Assembly (NCBI RefSeq): GCF_009914755.1
Contig: NC_060936.1
Direction: 5' to 3' (one strand)
DNA length: 64,000 nucleotides
Source: the human T2T-CHM13v2.0 reference genome, Homo sapiens
A model generated the notes under the pieces. The model saw only the letters and a list, made by a program, of their open reading frames with translations. It did not search any database and had not been told where the DNA came from. Of the stretch, positions 53,015 to 64,000 are shown piece by piece. The position numbers were made by a program, and so were the translations under genes. How positions within the stretch are numbered: the stretch's first letter is position 1; every line of letters starts with the position of its first letter.

Positions 53015-55428
53015 CTAACCTGGTGCTAGGGTAAGGGTAGGGAAGGGCATAGAACAACTTGCAAAAGGCTGAGAGTGCTTCCCTTTCAGGAACTCACTGT
53101 GATTGGCATGTGCCAAATGGGTTCTTCTGTAAGCCCTCTAAACACTTTAAATCCACTCTCATGCCCCTGTCCAATGCTGGGAAAGTTGTTTCAAATGAAC
53201 ATCAACTGAAGGCCTCTGTGCTCTTAAGATGAAATTTCCTAGGGATCTTTAGAAGGAGATAAATAGGGAATAGGGCAGAAGTACTTTAGGGACCTCCCCA
53301 TCTGGGGAGGACCCAGGAGGACCCTGGTCATTGGAAACCTGCTCATTGGCCTGCCACTCTTCAGCTCAGATGACCCAGCTACAGGACTGTGATCCTGCTA
53401 CAAGTATACAAGTATATATGTGATCTGCTATAGCCCAGGGACTGGGGTGTTTTGACTTAGTAGTATTGGAAGGTGTGAGGTTCCTGGAATGATTAAGTGT
53501 TCCTATTAGTTTCCAAGTTTCCATGGTTAGGGCAAGGTGGCAGTGGGATGAAGAGGATAGTGGGAGAGAAGCTAAGGATAAAGGGGAAACCCTTCATGAC
53601 GCTATTTATAAACATGCCAGCCCCCCTCGCTCCGCCCCTTTTCTCCTGTCAAACAATTCTTGGGTTAGAGTTGCGTCTCTTGCTGCCCCCGCCCCTGAGG
53701 CACTAAGGTGTTTCCTTCAGCCTTGTGGAGTGAGTGTGTTGCTGGTTAGGAGCTGGGTACTTGTGCACACATGCAGATTGCCATCTGCGTGGGTGGGACC
53801 TTGGGGAGAGGGGAGTAAGTCAGAATGCTGACCCCTAGGAGAAAGGCTTAAGGGTCAAGGGCAGAAGAATCACTACCTAGGATAGAAGAGGGAGCTGAGA
53901 CCCTGAAGGATGTGTTGGAGTCAGGAGAGAGGGGGACATGGTCCTATCTGCTGTTGAGCTTTGGCCTGCAAAGTGTGTGGATCTGTTGTATTTTATGGAT
54001 ACGCTTGTGCATATATCTGGCTGTGGATTTAGAGATCACTTACATCATACGTTTCTGTTCAGGATTCTGAACTTTGAGGCAATCTAGTCCTGGCTCCTCA
54101 GGAGAAGTGCCCTGGTGGGACTGAGGAAGACAATGTTAGCTGGCATCTGGCGGCTGTGCAGGCACAAACCTGCTAGGCAGCAAGTGCTTAGGGGGTTGCT
54201 GGCATCAGCTCTAGGGGAGTGCCAAATGGCTACCTAGGGGTTCCTGCCAGCCTTTCTAGACCCTGCAATACAGATATCACCCATCGTTCTTCACCTTCCC
54301 TCGCAAGATGTCACTAGCTATACCTCTCTGCTGGCAAGAGTGCCCAGGCAGTGTGGGTGGCAGCAGGGCGTGCAAGCATCAGGCGTAGGCGGTCTGGCAG
54401 CTCCAGGAGTTTGCATGGAGGTGCAGCGAGCGTGCCTGCCTGGCTGGGAAGGAAGGAGGGAGGAGGAGGGCGGAGAAGGGGAGCCAGCTCCGAGCTCCAG
54501 AGTGGCTATTTTTAGCCAGGCTATCTGATTGTTACCGGTAGGCACACAGCTGGGTGTCTCCCTGGCTCGGTGAAGCCCAGCAGGCTGAGAGGTGGGAGGT
54601 CCTTGTGGATGACTTCTTCCTGGTGTTGGTGTCTGTGGGCGGGAGCGTGCAAGGGGTAGCTTAAAAAGTGTGAGGGCAGCTGTGTACTTCAGGATGTGTT
54701 GCTTCTGTGTGTGACTTTGTCCTCTGGTGGTAATGTATGCTGTATATGTAATCGTGATCTCTGTGTATGTGCTTCACTGTTTATGAGTCTGTCTGCTGGT
54801 TGTCATGTATACTTTATGCCTGGGATATATCTAATATGCCTCAGGTGCACATGTGTGTGGGATAAAAAGGGCAAGTGCTCGTAATGCATCTAGTAGGAAA
54901 CATCTTTAGAAGTGTTGGTGTGTGCTTCATCCGTGTATGTTTGTATTTAGGTAGACTTTTGCTTTATATGTACGTTCGTGCCGTCTATCTGTGCATGTTG
55001 TATGAAAATATAACAGGTGTCACATGATTGCAGAATGGACTTTTAATTTTACCTGCTATCTAAGTGGGGTTTTTCTTTTTTCAAACCCATTCCTACATAG
55101 TTTAAAAATACTATGTTGTAGGGCTATGAGTAAGGTGAATTGAGGAAATAGCTCCATTTGGTGTGAAGTTTGGTCTCTTTTAGTCTTACATGGAGAGGCC
55201 CCTTGGCCCTGCTCCACAATAAGATGTAGGGTAACTAGCAGTCCATCATCTGGTAGATAGATCTGCTTGGGGATTCTGGGAACACCTGGTGGAAGGCCAT
55301 GCCATGGGTGTCTTATGGGAATGAGAGTAGGAAGAAACTCTACTTCCCTCAAACAAAAGGATTTGAGTATTACTTGCCCCCAGTATTTTCGTCTCCTCTT
55401 TGTCTTCTCTGCAGAACCCAGAAGTACC

Positions 55429-55761
55429 ATGGCTTCTGACCTAGAGAGTAGCCTCACCTCCATAGACTGGCTCCCCCAGCTGACCCTCCGAGCTACCATT
55501 GAGAAGCTTGGAAGTGCCTCCCAGGCTGGGCCTCCCGGGAGCAGCCGCAAGTGTTCACCAGGGTCACCCACAGATCCTAATGCCACCCTGAGCAAAGACG
55601 AGGCAGCAGTGCACCAGGACGGCAAGCCACGATACAGCTATGCCACTCTCATCACCTATGCCATCAACTCCTCTCCAGCCAAGAAGATGACCCTCAGCGA
55701 GATTTACCGCTGGATCTGTGATAACTTCCCCTATTACAAGAATGCTGGCATTGGTTGGAAG
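55429..55761 (+). CDS. FOXJ2: Forkhead box protein J2, first coding exon (exon 2; acceptor at 55415)
   Basis: Polypyrimidine tract plus CAG, Kozak [25 protein letters not shown]...[48 protein letters not shown] (forkhead N-half), donor AAG|GTGGGA. Confidence 0.97.
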
Positions 55762-56023
55762 GTGGGAATGCTTCTATAATCTTGGCTTAGGTTTAGGCTT
55801 CAACAGCCTTTTTAGAGAAAAAGGTTTTGTTTCTTCTTGTAACCTGTTCAGTTTACTCTGGTTTGTCTCAGAGATGTGAAAACTTAAAATCTCATATGTT
55901 CTGCCCTCTACTTTTTTTTCAGAGTTGAACAACTTTTATAAGGTATATTAGGGAAACTCCAAGCCATTAAGTATAGTGATGGGAATGGCAGGACGCTGTT
56001 GCTCATCACACCCTCTTATCTTC

Positions 56024-57772
<1,749 letters not shown>

Positions 57773-58232
57773 CCCAACACACTTATACAATATTTCTTTC
57801 CTCCAAATGTGAACATTCTATGGGCTATTGAGAAAATGAAGGTGATCTGTGTTTTTGTTTCACTCAATTTATATAAAAAGTTTTAAAACATTGTTCTTTT
57901 GCTATCAGTAGGGTAGATTGAGGAACTGGGCAGATGTGATTGTGAGGCATTTATATACTTGTTACTCGGCTGGAAAGATTGAAAAACTATATAATCAGTT
58001 TTTTCAGAAGCATTAGTAATCAAATTTATAGCCATTCCCTCCCATCAGTTTAATCTCTGCATTTTTCTTATCTCATTGCTATTGCTATTTGATGCATAAT
58101 TCCCTCCATCGGTGTAGTTAAGAGGTACTGAGCTTACCCTGATACTTCAACTGCATGGTGTATTATGTTTTTTTGTGTGTCCCTCTGTGTTCTATTGGAA
58201 AATGTTCTGCTCTGCATAATGCTCAGGCCTAA

Positions 58233-58349
<117 letters not shown>

Positions 58350-58528
58350 TGAAAGGAGGAGTAGGAAGGAGAGTGAAGTAGTTGACAGTCCAGAGTCCTG
58401 TGGCTGTTTTAATTACCCAGAAGAGGAAATCATGCTAATTAGAGAAGCATCTTTATTTTTTTCTCAGAGGAAGCTTGGTTGTCAAGCTTATGGGCCCCCA
58501 GTAGAATGGGTGACTGAGAAAGACTGTG

Positions 58529-59044
<516 letters not shown>

Positions 59045-59297
59045 CTAAAGTCCAAGCAAGTTTTGCCTCAGGTCAGAAGGGAAGGGAGAGGCTGTGTCTG
59101 GACATTTCCAGCTCTTTGAGCTAGATGCCATTGTTCTGCCCCTCCAAAACAATCGAGGCCTGTGTTTGGACCACAGGATTACCTCTGGCATACTCAGTGA
59201 GTTTCTAGGACAAATTTGCTCTTCATTAATACCCAGAACCCTGGGAGGTTCTGAATGTAACAATTTTGTTTTCTGTGGGAATGGGATCTCCTTCCAG

Positions 59298-59366
59298 GGT
59301 TCCTATTGGACAATTGACACCTGCCCTGACATTTCCCGAAAGAGAAGACACCCTCCAGATGATGAT
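59298..59366 (+). CDS. FOXJ2: FOXJ2 exon 4
   Basis: CAG|GGT...GAT|GTAAGT; [23 protein letters not shown] (end of forkhead domain plus basic NLS-like patch). Confidence 0.96.
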
Positions 59367-59547
59367 GTAAGTTCCCAGCTCATGAGGAGATGCCATATCT
59401 GAGCCAGCTGCTCCTTCCACCTCCTCTTATGGACGTTCAGTCCTTGCAGAGGCAAAGGTGGAAGGAATACCAGCAGAGGGGAAACCATGGGTCTTGGGAG
59501 GATATTGCGCCTCTGCTTATAGATTTCTTTTTTTTCACAACCCTCAG

Positions 59548-59688
59548 CTGTCCCAAGACTCACCAGAACAGGAGGCAAGCAAGAGCCCACGGGGAGGCGT
59601 TGCAGGGAGTGGAGAAGCCTCACTGCCTCCTGAGGGGAATCCGCAGATGTCACTTCAGAGCCCCACATCTATAGCCAGCTACAGCCAG
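59548..59688 (+). CDS. FOXJ2: FOXJ2 exon 5
   Basis: CAG|CTG...CAG|GTAGGA; LSQDSPEQEASKSPRGG...SIASYSQ; frame continuous. Confidence 0.94.
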
Positions 59689-59889
59689 GTAGGAAGCAGA
59701 TATGGCAGGGGTCATGGGATGGGTGGTGAATAGATTCAGATGTCTCCCTGTTTATTCAGAATTATGTATTGAGTATCTGTGATATATGAGGCAGATAAAT
59801 TGAGAAGGAAGGGGAAGGCAAAAGAGGGAAATAGAGAGAGAGAGAAATAGAAAGGCATAGCAGAACTTTGAGAAACATCAGGAAAAAAA

Positions 59890-60158
59890 AGCTGGGCACA
59901 GTGGCTCATGCCTGTAATGTCAGCACTTTGGGAGGTCGAGGCAGGCGGATCATGTGAGTCCACGAGCTTGAGACCCGCCTATCCAACATGCCAAAACCCC
60001 ATCTCTACAAAAATACAAAATTAGCTGGGCGTGGTGGCATGTGCCTATAGTTCCTGCTACTTGGGAGGCTGAGGCATGAGAATCACTTGAACCGGGGAGG
60101 TGGAGCCTGGGCGACAGAGCGAGACCCTGCCTCAGAAACAAACAAACAAACAAAAAAG
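59890..60158 (+). mobile_element. Alu in FOXJ2 intron 5 (internally deleted)
   Basis: Alu consensus. Confidence 0.88.
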
Positions 60159-60356
60159 AAGAAATGGAGACTGATGAGAGAAAGAGGGTAGATTCAAGAT
60201 AAGAACTAATGAGGAAAGAAGGAGAAAATGATGCTGGGTCATTGAAGAGCTAGGCGAGGATGAAGAGGACAGACAGGAGAGCCTGGTGACCATTGAAGGG
60301 TTTTATTGGTCCCTCAGCTGGGACACTGATCAGGAATTTCTTACCTGTTTTTGCAG

Positions 60357-60555
60357 GGCACAGGATCTGTGGATGGTGGAGCAGTGGCAGCAGGGGCTTC
60401 AGGCCGAGAAAGTGCTGAGGGTCCCCCTCCCCTCTATAACACCAACCATGACTTTAAATTCTCCTACTCAGAGATCAACTTTCAGGATCTAAGCTGGTCC
60501 TTCCGCAACCTCTATAAGTCCATGCTGGAGAAGTCCTCTTCCTCCTCTCAGCACG
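60357..60555 (+). CDS. FOXJ2: FOXJ2 exon 6
   Basis: CAG|GGC...CACG|GTGAGT; GTGSVDGG...[34 protein letters not shown]; ends phase 1. Confidence 0.95.
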
Positions 60556-60637
60556 GTGAGTCTGGAGTTGGGATGGGTGCAGGGAGACTTTTTTATCTTG
60601 TTGAACAAGTGGGGTGACATTTTCTTTTTTCCCTTAG

Positions 60638-61552
<915 letters not shown>

Positions 61553-61773
61553 CCATATTTCTTATTTTTAACACAAAGAGAGGTATCACTACTCAGAGGA
61601 AATATTTCATGAACTAAAACTGTTTGGAGTCAAGTGAGCTCATCTGTCCTTGTGCAAATACAGCTGTTTCAGGAGGCAAGCTAGGCTAATAGCTTCAGAA
61701 AGTGAATTGGAGGATTGCCCCTTCCAGGACTAAGGGCAGTGATTTTAGGGCTGCAAGTGAGTCATTTGGAGGA

Positions 61774-61792
61774 CGACCACGAGGGGGCAGCA
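61774..61792 (+). promoter_or_regulatory. CTCF consensus motif in FOXJ2 intron 6
   Basis: CGACCACGAGGGGGCAGCA; AP-1 site TGAGTCA at 61758-61764. Confidence 0.6.
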
Positions 61793-62765
61793 GCAGTACC
61801 CTCTCCTGAAGAATCCCTGCGTTTCATTGTGAGAACAGTTTCTTTTTAGTGTATTTACATTTATGTTACTTTTATTGTGAAAAATTGCAAACAGATGCAA
61901 AAGTGTGGAGAAAAATATAATAAACCCCTGTGTTCCATCCCCCAACTTTAAGTTATCAGTATTTTATTAGGCTTGTTTTGTTTACCACTGAGCCTTCTAA
62001 AAATTGGAGTAATTTAATGGAATTCACATATACCATGTCATTCCACTCATAAATACAACTTCGATATACACCTCTAAATGATGACTTTCTTCTAGTTATC
62101 TACCATGACATTATCATTCCTAACATAATTGATAATACATCCTTAATATCAGCTAGTATCTTGTCCGTGCACATTTTCCTAATTATCATATGAGAATGAC
62201 TTAAAGTTTTTACTGGGAGGCCCCTTGAGAGAACATCTGGTTCGGCCCTCTGCAATATCTGTGTGTTCGTTTTTTAAATAACTTAGAGACAGTGGTGAAG
62301 TTGATTTCAGGTGAGGCATTAGACCTTCTCATTCTGTGCAGTAGCCCTATGTTGGCAGCAGGGGCTGAATGGAATGATAAAAACTGGTTAGGAGTCACTT
62401 TTTGGAAAACTTATATTCATTTTCATGAATTTCTTCTTGTATATCACAGGGGATCAATTCCTAGAGTAGTGTCCAAGACTGTAGCATTTGCTCAAAAAAT
62501 GAATCCGACTCAGGTGGTTGGTTGATTGGAGGAGGGAACATGAGAAACTGTCAGAAATAAAGTAAAAAATTAGATTGGGTGAGGACAGCCTAGAGTTCAC
62601 TCAAGTTTTATTGTGACCGAAAGCCCCTAGTCTCAGACTTTTGTTCTTCCCAGCCTGTCTGCTTGAGAAATAACTCCATCCTGTCTCTGCTCCTTACCCA
62701 AGCTACATTTGTTTATAGAGGGTACAGGAATGACTTGGCAGTAGCAGAGTGTAGAGAAAATAAGG

Positions 62766-63197
<432 letters not shown>

Positions 63198-63476
63198 TCA
63201 GCCAAATCCCTAAAAAGTAGCATTAAATGCTACACACTGACCTTTTTAGTAAGATTTCAGTGGTCTCCACACTGTCAGGGCCCTCCTCTAACCTAAGTGC
63301 CTTCCTGTCTCTTGTACCTGCCAGGAGGGCCACAGGGATCTTTGCTGCCCTAGAATGTTCTTACCCTTTTAACTCCACAGTTTTAGTCTGAGGCTTCCCA
63401 TCTCAACCCAGGGAAAATCCCATTTTGTGAAAAATGCATTGCTTAAGTCACTTGCCTGCTTCCTCCCCACCTGCAG

Positions 63477-63884
63477 GCTTTTCTTCTCTCCTGGGGGACA
63501 TCCCACCCTCGAACAACTACTACATGTATCAGCAGCAGCAGCCACCGCCACCTCAACAGCAGCAGCAGCAGCAGCAGCCGCCACAGCCACCTCCCCAGCA
63601 GTCCCAGCCACAGCAGCAGCAGGCACCTGCCCAGGGCCCCTCAGCTGTAGGGGGTGCTCCTCCACTGCACACCCCAAGCACAGATGGTTGTACCCCACCA
63701 GGGGGAAAGCAAGCTGGGGCGGAAGGCTATGGGCCTCCCCCTGTAATGGCCATGCATCCACCCCCGCTGCAGCATGGAGGCTACCACCCTCATCAGCACC
63801 ATCCCCACTCCCACCCTGCCCAGCAGCCACCACCTCCACAGCCACAGGCACAAGGCCAGGCTCCCATCAACAACACTGGCTTTG
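63477..63884 (+). CDS. FOXJ2: FOXJ2 exon 7 (Pro/Gln/His-rich region); gene continues beyond the window
   Basis: CAG|GC TTT...TTTG|GTGAGT; phase-1 join gives [34 protein letters not shown]...APINNTGF. Confidence 0.95.
63530..63577 (+). repeat. FOXJ2: Coding (CAG)4-CCACCGCCACCT-CAA(CAG)7 polyQ/polyP repeat
   Basis: Direct read. Confidence 0.95.
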
Positions 63885-64000
63885 GTGAGTAAGGAGGGTG
63901 CACAGTGATCTAGAGGAGGGTGGGGTGATGTCCTTGTCCTAACACCGGCATGGAGGTGCAGTTAGTTAGGAAGTTAATGATGGGTCTTTTAGGCTTCGCT

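Noticed and set aside
55056-55625. 189-aa antisense ORF over exon 2, and alternative-frame ORFs over exon 7
   Set aside because: Shadows of the FOXJ2 coding sequence.

Overview
Primate, almost certainly human, genomic DNA. I recognise it as the FOXJ2 locus (12p13.31 in human, from memory). The only protein-coding gene is FOXJ2 on the + strand: a CpG-island promoter near 48 kb, a long GC-rich non-coding exon 1 and coding exons 2-7, running off the right edge. The 48 kb upstream is extremely Alu-rich. It holds a tailless U2 retrocopy, an old RPS20 processed pseudogene, and an HSPD1 (Hsp60) processed pseudogene whose 3' half has been inverted. It also holds an L2 interrupted by a 5'-deleted HERV-L provirus (MLT2A1 3' LTR) and a two-ended Tigger1, plus two orphan promoter-like CpG-rich patches. 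Most ORFs in the supplied track are Alu artefacts. I see no prokaryotic-type system and cannot demonstrate a new biological system. The best leads are: (1) a stop-free 140-codon in-frame extension upstream of the FOXJ2 AUG starting at a GUG in ideal Kozak context; (2) the Alu-mediated inversion/deletion of the HSPD1 retrocopy; (3) a sense-oriented MLT2A1 LTR with intact promoter and splice-donor motifs upstream of FOXJ2; (4) a locally templated insertion inside an Alu. All coordinates were counted by hand; repeat subfamily calls and pseudogene numbers are from memory and need checking.
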